Under the pieces are notes generated by a model. The model was given only the letters and a program-made list of their open reading frames with translations, made no database searches and was not told the DNA's origin. Made by a program: the position numbers and the translations under genes. From the NCBI GenBank assembly GCA_013297775.1, contig JAAFIL010000005.1:127377-151376 (forward strand): a DNA stretch of 24,000 nucleotides, given 5' to 3'. This document shows, piece by piece, positions 1-8,391 of the stretch (positions within the stretch are counted from its first letter, which is position 1; the number at the start of each line of letters is the position of its first letter). Source of the DNA: Bacteroidota bacterium. Its GTDB lineage: Bacteria > Bacteroidota > Bacteroidia > B-17B0 > Aurantibacillaceae.

Positions 1-239
1 ATGGTAACTTTATTAATACTTTTTACGTTCCCCGAAATATAACGCGTATTACGTTCGCAGTTCAAGTTAAGGTGTACAAACTTCATGTCGTAGTGATCGG
101 TTTTCCAAAGGGCCGCCGCGTTGCTTTGTTGTTGTTTAGAAGCCGCTTGCGTGTGTATTTTATGCTGTGAACAATACTGGCGTTGCGACCATGTGTGTAA
201 AGAAGCCAATAAAAGAAGACTTGTTATTAAATGTTTCAT
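1..239 (-). CDS. Partial CDS (N-terminal ~79 aa, continues past the window start): secreted protein whose N-terminus resembles M1-family (aminopeptidase N-like) peptidases
   Basis: The reverse complement is open from the ATG at 239-237: MKHLITSLLLLASLHTWSQRQYCSQHKIHTQAASKQQQSNAAALWKTDHYDMKFVHLNLNCERNTRYISGNVKSINKVT... It has a hydrophobic signal peptide. The HYD-x-KF-x-L-x-L...YISGxV pattern recalls M1 peptidase N-domains. It is absent from the ORF track because the window edge truncates it. Confidence 0.45.
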   Translation of the reverse strand, partial: MKHLITSLLLLASLHTWSQRQYCSQHKIHTQAASKQQQSNAAALWKTDHYDMKFVHLNLNCERNTRYISGNVKSINKVT

Positions 240-367
240 CCTTAAAAATAATAAAAGAGTTAGGTTACAAAATACAGTTATTTTTATAAATAACAGCACC
301 GTTGATACATTTAGGTCAATTTTAAAAATTTGAAAATCAAACGATTACAAATAATCTAAATTTCTTT

Positions 368-398
368 TTGCGAAATACGAAAATTGATTGTAAATTTG
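368..398 (+). promoter_or_regulatory. Candidate Bacteroidota sigma-A promoter for tRNA-Val (TTG ... TAAATTTG)
   Basis: TTG at 368-370 and TAAATTTG at 391-398 match the TTG / TAnnTTTG consensus with a 20-nt spacer. The box ends 14 nt upstream of the tRNA 5' end. Confidence 0.45.
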
Positions 399-411
399 CG
401 TCCCCGAATAT

Positions 412-489
412 GGGAGCTTAGCTCAGCTGGTTCAGAGCACCTGCCTTACAAGCAGGGGGTCACTGGTTCGAACCCAGTAGTTCCCACCA
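412..489 (+). tRNA. tRNA-Val (anticodon TAC), CCA encoded
   Basis: Hand-folded cloverleaf: acceptor GGGAGCT/AGTTCCC, D-arm GCTC-AGCTGGTTCA-GAGC, anticodon arm CCTGC-CTTACAA-GCAGG, variable GGGTC, T-arm ACTGG-TTCGAAC-CCAGT, discriminator A, CCA at 487-489. Confidence 0.95.
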
Positions 490-518
490 AAGCCTTACAG
501 AAATGTGAGGCTTTTTTT
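490..518 (+). terminator. Rho-independent terminator after tRNA-Val
   Basis: Stem AAGCCT (490-495) / AGGCTT (508-513), followed by a T7 run. Confidence 0.75.
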
Positions 519-523
519 ATGGA

Positions 524-552
524 ATGTATCCTGTTTATATTTTCATTTTAAA
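524..552 (+). pseudogene. Remnant of a GIY-YIG gene 5' end (first ~9 codons only)
   Basis: ATGTATCCTGTTTATATTTTCATTTT (MYPVYIFIL) is homologous to the start of the intact GIY-YIG gene at 4728 ([34 protein letters not shown]). Similarity is lost after ~552. Confidence 0.45.
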
Positions 553-567
553 TAGTTTCCAGTTTAA

Positions 568-762
568 TCCAAATATCTGTTGCTAACTTTCCATGAGCCT
601 TTTTAATTGTCAAATTATGTAAATCTGGGTAAAATAATTTCAACCTTTTTTCAACCACAACAACACCCGTGGATAAATATGGAAAACGCATCAACGGCTG
701 AAATTATAGCTACTGTTGCAAAATGCCCTTCTGGTGCCTTGAGTATAAAGGTAAGTGAATGA
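568..762 (+). pseudogene. Decayed small (4Fe-4S)-binding-protein-like gene (divergent 4Fe-4S mono-cluster type)
   Basis: One frame reads SKYLLLTFHEPF*LSNYVNLGKIISTFFQPQQHPWINMENASTAEIIATVAKCPSGALSIKVSE*. The C-terminal PWI..ENAS......CPSGALS signature of this small family is retained. There is an in-frame TAA at 604-606, and the upstream Cys ligand positions are replaced (apparently by Leu). Confidence 0.4.
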
Positions 763-820
763 TAAAACTATAAATTAAGTAGATAAAAATAAATTAACTT
801 TTTTACAAGCTACGATTATT

Positions 821-1063
821 TAAGGTTCACTCAAAATGTATAAAAATTAACTGAATTGAGGTAGCAAAGTGAAGCTGTATTAAAATACCTCGAACTGAGC
901 TAACGATGCGTCAGTTAATTTTATCAAGCGAAATGAAAAAATAAAATTCACTTTTTTCGTGCACGAGTTTTATCAAAAAACACTAAAAACCTTGCACTTA
1001 AAAAAGAATTTAATCCTTAAAGCACTTGCTAAACGAACTATTTGCGCTTTTGAGTGAACCCTA
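821..1063. repeat. ~240-bp MITE-like segment bounded by 16-bp terminal inverted repeats, with nested internal inverted repeats
   Basis: TAAGGTTCACTCAAAA (821-836) matches the reverse complement of 1048-1063 (TAGGGTTCACTCAAAA) at 15/16. Inner inverted repeat: AAAATTAACTGA (843-854) / TCAGTTAATTTT (911-922). No ORF inside. Confidence 0.35.
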
Positions 1064-1064
1064 C

Positions 1065-3497
1065 TTAAAATTCAAATATAAATCCAATGGTAGGAACTAC
1101 AACGGGGTCATTACTATCAATAATCACTGGTATTCCGTTGCTACCATCCTGTTTTAAAGTCATTCCATCTGTAGTTTCAAAGCCCGAATTATCGGTTTTT
1201 CTTTTAAACGTATATCGTGGTAAGCCTGGTGTTGGCAATACAAAAGCGTTTTGAACATCAATGTATAAATCTAAAGTTGTTTTTTTGAAATTAATTTTTT
1301 TATCCATTCTAAAATCAAATTGATTAAATGGCAACAATCTTTTAGAATTTATATTACTAAAGTTTAAAGTACCAACACCTGTAATTTGATAATTAAGTTG
1401 TGACAATACAGGATCAAACGGCGTATAGGGTTGGCCACCAGCTATTCGGTATTTTAATCCCATTTCCCAGCCTTTCTTAAACTTTCGGCCAATAGTAGTT
1501 GCCAATAAATAGCCATAATCCCAAGATGATGGTAAAAGTTTTCCATCAAGTCCAGAAAATTCACTCTTATAAACGGTTACACTTACAGCATAGAATAGTT
1601 TTTTAATCAATTTTTGTTGGATAAAAAACTCAACACCATACGTTCTGCCTTTACCATTAGAAATAATTGGCTCATTACCAACCGCAGTAAATTCAGCACC
1701 TTGATTGGCAGTAGAAATTCCTGTAACTAAAGATACTGGGTAATTGTTGTAATCTTTAAAAAAACCTTCAACCGTAATTCTTAAATCTTCTTTCGGCAAA
1801 TATTGAAATCCTAAAACGTAATGGTCAGAATTAATGTATTTCATATTTTTATTCACGAGAGTGCCCGCTTCATTTCTATACCCTAAATTGGTATAAATTG
1901 GTATTTTGTAATAAGAACCAATAGAACCTGTTAAATCAATTTTTGGAAATAAATTATACGAGAACGAAAGCCTTGGAGAGATTGTATTTAATGGATTTAA
2001 ACCGTCATTTAGAAATGTGTTTGCATCCGATCTAACACCAGCAGAGATTAATAATTTCTCCCTAAAAAAACGTTTTGAAACTTGTGCAAACGCACCGAAT
2101 TTAAAAAATTCAATGGCACTATTAAATCGAACATCTATACTTGGCAAAAGTACATTTCCGACTGAGTCTTTTAAACCAGGGCTAACGTTATTAAATATAT
2201 TGGCATTATACTTCACATATTGCCCCATAACCCCATACCCAAATTTCCAACCATTAATAAATTGATTGACATCCACTCTTAACTTATTTTCTATTTCTTG
2301 AGATCTTAATTTTAAAGTTCTAAACTGTTCTTGTTGTATGTTATCTTGAAATCTATCCGCTCCATTATCAAACATATTTCTGCTTAAGGCAACATTTATA
2401 TACCCTTTATTTATTAAGCGTTTTAAACTTACTCCAAATGTATAGGTCCATTGATCAAGCAAAGGATTAGCCCTAGATATATATTCATTTTCTGGAGTAG
2501 CGTTTTTGGGTGTTACTAATCTAAATTTATCAATGGCTCCAATTCCAATAAAGTTAAGTGTTGTTTTATCATCTATTTTATGCGACACTTTATATTGAAA
2601 ATCCCAATAGTCTGGTCTTATGGGTAAATCTAAAGCTTGAAATAAAAACTGTAAATAGGAGCGACGAGCGGATACGATGTAATTTGTTTTTTTTCCTAAA
2701 GGACCTTCTAATGTCGTAGAAAACTCTGTACCACTTAAACGAATATTTCCACTAAATTTTTCTGGATTACCTGTTCTTTGTTTGATATTAAAGGTAGATG
2801 CCAAAGCGTTATCATACCTTGCATCAAAAGCAGAGGAACTTAATTGAACATCGTCAATAAACGAAACATTTAATATCCCCGTTGCACCGCCAGAGGCACC
2901 TTGTGTTTGGAAGTGATTCAATACAGGAATTTCAATGCCATCCAAATAATATACATTCTCATTTGGTGCACCACCTCTCACAATAATATCATTGCGGTTC
3001 GCGGAGGTGCCGCCACCTACACCAGGTAGTACTTGTATTACTTTTGACACATCAAAATTTCCTCCTGGGTTTGCTTTAATTTCTTCGTAGGTTAATTTTT
3101 GAGTGGACATTGGTGTAATCATATCGGCGGCGGCGGCCGACTTACCCTTATCAAAAGTAACAGTTACCTCGGTGAGTTCAGACGATGTTGCTTCCAATTC
3201 AAAGTTTACAGTTTGGGCATTTCCTGTTGTAACAGATATATTGTATTTTATCAGTGTAGTATAACCTAAATAGGATGCTTTTAAGTTATGGGTTCCAACG
3301 GCCAAATTGATTTTATAATTCCCTTCTACATCGGTAGTTGTGGCGTTCGTTGTTCCATCCAAAGAAATAACGGCCCCCACAATTGCTTCCTGCGTGTTTT
3401 TGTCTTTTACGCTACCGCGAATAATGCCATTGCTTTGAGAAAATGCTCTTATGCCAAGCGAGGTTAACATAACTAAAAAGTAAATTTTTGTTTTCAT
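1065..3497 (-). CDS. TonB-dependent outer-membrane receptor with N-terminal CarboxypepD_reg-like domain
   Basis: 810-aa ORF with signal peptide MKTKIYFLVMLTSLGIRAFSQ. It has the IRGSVKDKNTQEAIVGAVISL...TDVEGNYKI carboxypeptidase-regulatory-like fold motif, a plug region (NRNDIIVRGGAPNENVYYLDGIEIP), and a beta-barrel ending in an aromatic residue (...GFIFEF). Confidence 0.9.
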   Translation of the reverse strand: MKTKIYFLVMLTSLGIRAFSQSNGIIRGSVKDKNTQEAIVGAVISLDGTTNATTTDVEGNYKINLAVGTHNLKASYLGYTTLIKYNISVTTGNAQTVNFELEATSSELTEVTVTFDKGKSAAAADMITPMSTQKLTYEEIKANPGGNFDVSKVIQVLPGVGGGTSANRNDIIVRGGAPNENVYYLDGIEIPVLNHFQTQGASGGATGILNVSFIDDVQLSSSAFDARYDNALASTFNIKQRTGNPEKFSGNIRLSGTEFSTTLEGPLGKKTNYIVSARRSYLQFLFQALDLPIRPDYWDFQYKVSHKIDDKTTLNFIGIGAIDKFRLVTPKNATPENEYISRANPLLDQWTYTFGVSLKRLINKGYINVALSRNMFDNGADRFQDNIQQEQFRTLKLRSQEIENKLRVDVNQFINGWKFGYGVMGQYVKYNANIFNNVSPGLKDSVGNVLLPSIDVRFNSAIEFFKFGAFAQVSKRFFREKLLISAGVRSDANTFLNDGLNPLNTISPRLSFSYNLFPKIDLTGSIGSYYKIPIYTNLGYRNEAGTLVNKNMKYINSDHYVLGFQYLPKEDLRITVEGFFKDYNNYPVSLVTGISTANQGAEFTAVGNEPIISNGKGRTYGVEFFIQQKLIKKLFYAVSVTVYKSEFSGLDGKLLPSSWDYGYLLATTIGRKFKKGWEMGLKYRIAGGQPYTPFDPVLSQLNYQITGVGTLNFSNINSKRLLPFNQFDFRMDKKINFKKTTLDLYIDVQNAFVLPTPGLPRYTFKRKTDNSGFETTDGMTLKQDGSNGIPVIIDSNDPVVVPTIGFIFEF

Positions 3498-3523
3498 ATT
3501 ATATGTTATTGCTATAATTTTTA

Positions 3524-3531
3524 CAAATATA
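3524..3531 (-). promoter_or_regulatory. Candidate -7 box (TATATTTG on the minus strand) for the TonB-dependent receptor gene
   Basis: The reverse complement of caaatata is TATATTTG, matching TAnnTTTG, 27 bp upstream of the ATG at 3497. Confidence 0.4.
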
Positions 3532-3584
3532 ATACGTTAACATATAAAATGCAAAAAATGTTTTGTGTTTTCGTACATTATTTC

Positions 3585-3592
3585 TAATTTTG
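3585..3592 (+). promoter_or_regulatory. Candidate -7 box (TAATTTTG) for the 3620 gene
   Basis: Matches TAnnTTTG, 28 bp upstream of the ATG at 3620. Confidence 0.4.
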
Positions 3593-3619
3593 AAATGTTA
3601 TCATATTAAACCGTTCTAA

Positions 3620-4288
3620 ATGAAAAAAGAAATTATTTTTGAAATACTAGAACATCTATTCGCTTTCGACGCGTCTTATAAAGACAGTAAAGACTATACC
3701 TTAAATGATTTTGTAGGTTACCTCACAGCGGTAACAGGCACGAATACAGTTGAAATGAGAGATATTGCAGGGGATAAGGAATTACATTTAAAAGAGGTAA
3801 GACGTGAAAATAATAGTGATGTCTCTATTTTAATTACGATTATGTTTCGTTATGCTAAGGGATATATTAAGAAAGCTTTGCAGAACAGCCCGATTCAAAC
3901 GATGGATGAATTTGCATTTTTGATTACCTTAATGACTTTTGATAGCCTTACCAAGACTGAACTTATTAATAAACAAGTAATGGAAAAAACTTCAGGGATA
4001 GAAGTTATCAAACGACTCTTAAGTCAAAAACTGATTAAAGAATTTGCCGATGAAAACGATAAAAGAAGCGTTAGAGTAGCAATTACAAGTAAAGGCAAAA
4101 AGGAGATAACGAGTGTATTACCTGAAATGGCGAATGTTTCAAAAATTGTTGTTGGCAATCTATCCAAAGCAGAGATTAACACTTTATCGTACTTACTAAA
4201 AAAGCTAGATTTTTTTCATAATGATATATTCATAAATAAGAAAGCGTTGACGCTTAATGAAATTTTAAGTGAGTCCACAAAAAACTAA
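3620..4288 (+). CDS. MarR-like winged-helix transcriptional regulator (222 aa, extended N-terminal region)
   Basis: The C-terminal half (TKTELINKQVMEKTSGIEVIKRLLSQKLIKEFADENDKRSVRVAITSKGKK) has the MarR wHTH pattern. It is divergent from the TonB-dependent receptor gene. Confidence 0.65.
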   Translation: MKKEIIFEILEHLFAFDASYKDSKDYTLNDFVGYLTAVTGTNTVEMRDIAGDKELHLKEVRRENNSDVSILITIMFRYAKGYIKKALQNSPIQTMDEFAFLITLMTFDSLTKTELINKQVMEKTSGIEVIKRLLSQKLIKEFADENDKRSVRVAITSKGKKEITSVLPEMANVSKIVVGNLSKAEINTLSYLLKKLDFFHNDIFINKKALTLNEILSESTKN

Positions 4289-4684
4289 AGATAACTTTAT
4301 ATAGGGGCTCCTCAGCAACTATAAAAATCAGTATTATTAAACATTTTAGAGGCAAAAATGAAAAAGAATCTGCAAGGTAAAAATGCTCAAAATTCAACAA
4401 ATACAGAAAAAACTCTTGAAGAACATTTCATAATAACGCATTATCAAATTAAAAAGAATTATGTTAGATCTCGAATAAGCATAAATTGAACCAATTAAAA
4501 TAGTAAAAGTCATAGTCAAATTGGCTGTTTTGAAAGTAATTGAAAAAGAGCTGAGTTTACGAGGAGTCCCTAAATAAACAAGGATTTAGTTGAAGACATT
4601 TTCATTTACAAGCATACTCAAATGATAAAAGAACACAATTTCTTTAATTCTTATAGGATTTCGTTCGGATTTAGCCTATTAAAG

Positions 4685-4718
4685 CCCACCAAAGCCTTAC
4701 AGAAATGTAGGGCTTTTT
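4685..4718 (+). repeat. Second copy of the tRNA-Val 3' end plus terminator (copy B)
   Basis: CCCACCAAAGCCTTACAGAAATGT is identical over 24 nt to 483-506. Homology at roughly 80% continues to ~4756, into the GIY-YIG start. Confidence 0.85.
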
Positions 4719-4724
4719 ATTTGA

Positions 4725-5064
<340 letters not shown>

Positions 5065-5071
<7 letters not shown>

Positions 5072-5117
5072 AAGCCTTACAGAACTTGTCCCGATACTCC
5101 GAGAAATGTGAGGCTTT
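5065..5117 (+). repeat. Third copy of the tRNA-Val 3' end plus terminator (copy C), split by a 21-nt insertion
   Basis: CCCACCAAAGCCTTACAG + [AACTTGTCCCGATACTCCGAG, 5083-5103] + AAATGTGAGGCTTT. Both flanks are identical to 483-514. Confidence 0.8.
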
Positions 5118-5150
5118 CTCTTTTTATCAATTTGTTACTCACGAATAGTT

Positions 5151-6170
5151 TCAAGTATAACCCTCTGAATACTTAGAAAGTGTATGTTTCATTCTGGATT
5201 GAATTTTTCTTGATAATCGTTTTGGACTTAGAACTTTCACTTGCTCTCCAAAGCCTAATATTTCACGCTCTAATTCAAAATTCCAAATAACCTCAATTGA
5301 AAAGATCGTCCCATCAGGATCTTCTCTTAATATTTTTTGCGAAGCATGTAACGGTTTTGTAATAATGTAAGGAGCGTGTTCTTTAATGATTTTCATCACA
5401 ATTAATTGTGGTGTTTGATTGGGCATTTTCGAAACACCAATAACATCATTAAAATAAGTGCTTACATCAAATTCTGCTTTGCGATATTTCTCAGAACTTA
5501 ATTCTTTGAATTGTTCAATTCTGTCTAGAGCTAAAATCATGGTGGCGTTTCCCTTTCTTTTGGCACCTAACACAAACCATCTATTGCGATACTCTTTCAA
5601 TAGATACGCATAAAACACGATTACCTGCGGCAACCGCGCTTTGAAAGATTGATAAGTAACTTCAATTGTTTTTTTGTTGATAATCGCCTTATGCAAAGGA
5701 TCAATATGTTTTAATCCTTTTAATAGTTCATTCTTTTCAAAATCAATGTATGATTTGCCTTTATGTTGTTGCTTGTAAAGCTTATCCTCTAGCCGAGTTA
5801 CCATACCATTTAACTCCTGAAAATAGCCAAAACCATTAAATTGTTTCAACACATGCAACACCTCGTTTAACGTTCCCAAATCTTGTTGAGTAATGGGCGA
5901 ATTAGTTATGCTATAATTTTTTTCTTCATAGCTGTAATACTTCTTATCTGTAACAACAATAGGCGCATTGTAACCCAGTTTTTCGCTGCGCATATTTTGT
6001 AAATCAAGTTGTATGGCTCGCTTACTAATCCCTTTTGTAATCCCTTCATATTCATATAACGCATCAGAACAGGCTTCCATTAAGTCTTCCAACGTCCATT
6101 TACGAAAACGATTTTGCAAACAATTGTCTATCGTTTTATATCTTACTAAGGCTAATTTATTAATTGGCAT
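5151..6170 (-). CDS. HTH + WYL-domain transcriptional regulator (YafY-like, 339 aa)
   Basis: It has an N-terminal wHTH-like region and a central WYL signature (YAYLLKEYRNRWFVLG). The C-terminal extension is typical of WYL regulators (VKVLSPKRLSRKI). It is divergent from rsr. Confidence 0.8.
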   Translation of the reverse strand: MPINKLALVRYKTIDNCLQNRFRKWTLEDLMEACSDALYEYEGITKGISKRAIQLDLQNMRSEKLGYNAPIVVTDKKYYSYEEKNYSITNSPITQQDLGTLNEVLHVLKQFNGFGYFQELNGMVTRLEDKLYKQQHKGKSYIDFEKNELLKGLKHIDPLHKAIINKKTIEVTYQSFKARLPQVIVFYAYLLKEYRNRWFVLGAKRKGNATMILALDRIEQFKELSSEKYRKAEFDVSTYFNDVIGVSKMPNQTPQLIVMKIIKEHAPYIITKPLHASQKILREDPDGTIFSIEVIWNFELEREILGFGEQVKVLSPKRLSRKIQSRMKHTLSKYSEGYT

Positions 6171-6218
6171 CTATTTTATTCCTTATAATTTGAGAAGTAA
6201 ATATAATACTTTTCAAAA

Positions 6219-6241
6219 ACTACGCAATCTATTTGCGTAGT
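6219..6241. promoter_or_regulatory. Operator-like perfect palindrome ACTACGCAA-N5-TTGCGTAGT (site 1)
   Basis: 9-bp perfect inverted repeat with a 5-bp spacer, 49 bp upstream of the WYL regulator start codon. Confidence 0.5.
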
Positions 6242-6331
6242 ATCAATTTAAAGATAGCATCAGTTTAAATTATTCTTACTGAATATCAATAAGTTAATAC
6301 TATTTTAGGTTATAAATTGAGAAAATAATTT

Positions 6332-6354
6332 ACTACGCAATTCGGATGCGTACT
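6332..6354. promoter_or_regulatory. Operator-like palindrome ACTACGCAA-N5-ATGCGTACT (site 2)
   Basis: The left half-site is identical to site 1. The right half has 2 mismatches. The two sites are 113 bp apart centre to centre, and site 2 ends ~160 bp upstream of rsr. Confidence 0.45.
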
Positions 6355-6479
6355 AGCACCTCACCTTTGTACTGTTAATATGAAACGCCAATAGAAAACG
6401 ATTTTAAATTGGCGTTAAATAAAAATAGAAAACATGAACTTTTTTTGTTTCAATTAAAAAAGTAACGAAAATCAAAAAA

Positions 6480-6491
6480 GTAACATGTTAC
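6480..6491. promoter_or_regulatory. Perfect 12-bp palindrome GTAACATGTTAC just upstream of rsr
   Basis: It ends 25 bp before the rsr ATG. Its left half belongs to the direct repeat AAAAAAGTAAC (6456-6466 and 6474-6484). Confidence 0.3.
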
Positions 6492-6516
6492 ATTAAAAAT
6501 AATAAAATAGAGCAAC

Positions 6517-8034
6517 ATGAAATTCAATGTCTTTAAAAGAAAAGCAAATGTAGTAAACAACTACGAAGGCGCAAAAGCTTACCAGTTAACTCCTGAAATT
6601 GAATTATACGCTGCTGTAGTAACAGCTGGATTAAGCGATACTTTTTATGAGAAAAGTGATATACGTTTGGCTAGAATACAAACGTTGATGTTGAAGAATA
6701 ATCCTGAGTATGTTGCAAAATTAGCAGTGTATGCGCGTAATGAAATGTACATGAGAAGTATCCCTTTGGTATTAGCTGTCGAGTTGGCCAAATTAAACTC
6801 AGGTAATGTAATTGTAAGTAAAACAGTAAATGGCGTTGTGAAACGTGCAGATGAAATCACGGAACTATTAGCTTACTACCAATTAGCCAATAATAGAAAT
6901 GGCGTTAAAAAATTGAACAAGCTTTCTAAACAAATACAAAAAGGTTTGTCTGAAGCTTTCAATAAATTTGATGAGTATCAATTTGCTAAGTATAACCGTG
7001 CAACTGAAGTAAAATTGCGTGATGCTTTATTTATAGTTCACCCAAAAGCTAAACAAGAATCTCAACAAGAGATATTCAATAAAATAGCTACTAATGGATT
7101 AGCAGTGCCATATACTTGGGAAACTGAATTATCGGCTTTAGGGCAAGTGAAATACGAAAATGAAAAAGTAAAAGCCCATGCGGTTAAAGTAAAATGGAAA
7201 GAGTTGATAGATAGCGGTAAAATAGGCTATATGGCATTGATGAGAAACTTGCGTAACATTTTAGATGCAAATGTATCAGCAGCACATGTTAAAAAAGTGT
7301 GCAACTATTTATCCAATGAAATTGCTGTTGCTAATTCAAAACAATTACCTTTTCGATTCTTGGCCGCTTACCGAGAGATAAAAATTTTAAAATCTGAATA
7401 TGTTACCATGATTTTAAATGCTTTAGAAGATGCAGTAGTTGCAAGTGCAAAAAACCTGAAAGGGTTTGATGAGTCAACAAGAGTATTGATTGCTTGTGAT
7501 GTATCTGGGTCAATGCAAAAAGCAGTATCTGCAAAAAGTAAAGTGATGTTGTTTGACATAGGTTTGATGTTGGGTATGTTGATGCAATCGAAATGTAAAA
7601 GAGTAGTAACCGGAATGTTTGGTGATAACTGGAAAGTGATAAACATGCCAAACCGTGGAGTATTATCAAATGTTGATGAATACTACAAACGAGAAGGTGA
7701 AGTTGGTTACGCAACAAATGGTTATAAAGTGATTGATGATTTAATCAATCGTGGAGTAATGATGGATAAAATAATGTTGTTCACTGACTGCCAATTGTGG
7801 GATGGCAAATTTGGAGGTTCAAGCCTTGAGAAATCATGGATATCCTACAAGCAAATAGTTCCAAATGCAAAATTGTATTTGTTCGATTTGGCAGGTTATG
7901 GCAACACTCCATTAAGTATTCAAAAAGATGATGTCTGCTTAATCGCAGGATGGTCAGATAAAGTGTTTGACGTGTTACATGCTATCGAAAACGGTGAGAG
8001 TGCTATTGAAAAAATCAAACAAGTAATGTTGTAA
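6517..8034 (+). CDS. rsr: Rsr / Ro60-like TROVE-domain protein with C-terminal vWA (MIDAS) domain, 505 aa
   Basis: The N-terminus NYEGAKAYQLTPEIELYAAVVTAGLSDTFYEKSD...YARNEMYMRS is TROVE-like. The C-terminal vWA has the MIDAS motif DVSGSM. Size and domain order match Ro 60-kDa orthologues. Confidence 0.85.
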   Translation: MKFNVFKRKANVVNNYEGAKAYQLTPEIELYAAVVTAGLSDTFYEKSDIRLARIQTLMLKNNPEYVAKLAVYARNEMYMRSIPLVLAVELAKLNSGNVIVSKTVNGVVKRADEITELLAYYQLANNRNGVKKLNKLSKQIQKGLSEAFNKFDEYQFAKYNRATEVKLRDALFIVHPKAKQESQQEIFNKIATNGLAVPYTWETELSALGQVKYENEKVKAHAVKVKWKELIDSGKIGYMALMRNLRNILDANVSAAHVKKVCNYLSNEIAVANSKQLPFRFLAAYREIKILKSEYVTMILNALEDAVVASAKNLKGFDESTRVLIACDVSGSMQKAVSAKSKVMLFDIGLMLGMLMQSKCKRVVTGMFGDNWKVINMPNRGVLSNVDEYYKREGEVGYATNGYKVIDDLINRGVMMDKIMLFTDCQLWDGKFGGSSLEKSWISYKQIVPNAKLYLFDLAGYGNTPLSIQKDDVCLIAGWSDKVFDVLHAIENGESAIEKIKQVML

Positions 8035-8042
8035 TAGAAGCC

Positions 8043-8070
8043 CCCTCTCTGTTAATTTGAACAGAGAGGG
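8043..8070 (+). terminator. Strong hairpin after rsr with a weak U-tract (leaky terminator or processing site)
   Basis: CCCTCTCTGTT (8043-8053) / AACAGAGAGGG (8060-8070) form an 11-bp perfect stem with loop AATTTG. It is followed by TTATAAAAA rather than a T-run. Confidence 0.5.
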
Positions 8071-8108
8071 TTATAAAAATTAGTTCTTTAAAATATGGAT
8101 ATTGTCAA

Positions 8109-8203
8109 AATGCCGTAGAATCGGAATACATCGCTCGCAACAGGGGAAGGGTCTCAATGCAAATTGGGAAGAGGTGCAAATCCTCATGCGTATCCCCGTT
8201 CTG
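8109..8203 (+). ncRNA. Y-RNA-like unit 1 (divergent)
   Basis: The 5' box is AATGCCGTAGAATCGGAATACATCG. Box residues 8116-8129 can pair with 8190-8203 (TAGAA-T-CGG / CCGTTCTG and ATAC / GTAT). Inside are a 7-bp hairpin capped by GCAA (TCTCAAT-GCAA-ATTGGGA, 8152-8169) and a T-arm-like hairpin (GAGG-TGCAAAT-CCTC, 8171-8185). Alternative registers exist, so the fold is uncertain. Confidence 0.45.
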
Positions 8204-8283
8204 AATTTGCTTTTGCTTTTGGCAAAAAACTGAAATGCCATGCATTCCAGATAACCAATAGTTAATATTATAAAAACATGAAA

Positions 8284-8363
8284 GATGCCGTAAATTAGGG
8301 ATACATCGTGGCCAACGCAGGTTCGAATCCTGCTCCTAGAGAAATTTAGGATTTTCCCTTATT
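8284..8363 (+). ncRNA. Y-RNA-like unit 2 (short; T-arm plus one hairpin, no D-arm)
   Basis: The 5' box is GATGCCGTAAATTAGGGATACATCG. The closing helix AATTAGGGA (8293-8301) / TCCCTTATT (8355-8363) pairs at 8 of 9 positions. It has a canonical T-arm GCAGG-TTCGAAT-CCTGC (8317-8333), then the hairpin TCCTA-GAGAAATT-TAGGA (8334-8351). Confidence 0.5.
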
Positions 8364-8391
8364 GCTTTTAGCTCTTTCATAAAATATAAAC

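Noticed and set aside
121-333. 70-aa plus-strand ORF rich in Cys
   Set aside because: It lies antisense to the better-supported partial secreted-peptidase gene (1-239, minus strand). Its composition is odd, with no recognisable motifs and no promoter or start context. I treat it as a shadow ORF.
2017-2265. Shadow ORFs inside the TonB-dependent receptor, WYL, rsr, methyltransferase, kinase and other genes. Coordinates from the ORF track: 2017-2265, 6013-6240, 6645-6860, 7368-7717, 11925-12152, 12590-12808, 14338-14604, 14719-14901, 15787-16104, 17054-17287, 17759-17963, 18072-18320, 20337-20564, 22808-23140
   Set aside because: Each overlaps a longer, motif-supported gene on the opposite strand, and each has low-complexity or hydrophobic junk composition.
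4302-4583. Imperfect inverted repeat (TAGGGGCTCCTCAGC vs GCTGAG..GAGGAGTCCCTA) flanking a 43-aa ORF (4358-4489)
   Set aside because: The repeat needs an 8-nt indel and a mismatch. The small ORF has no recognisable features. This is too weak to call a mobile element or gene.
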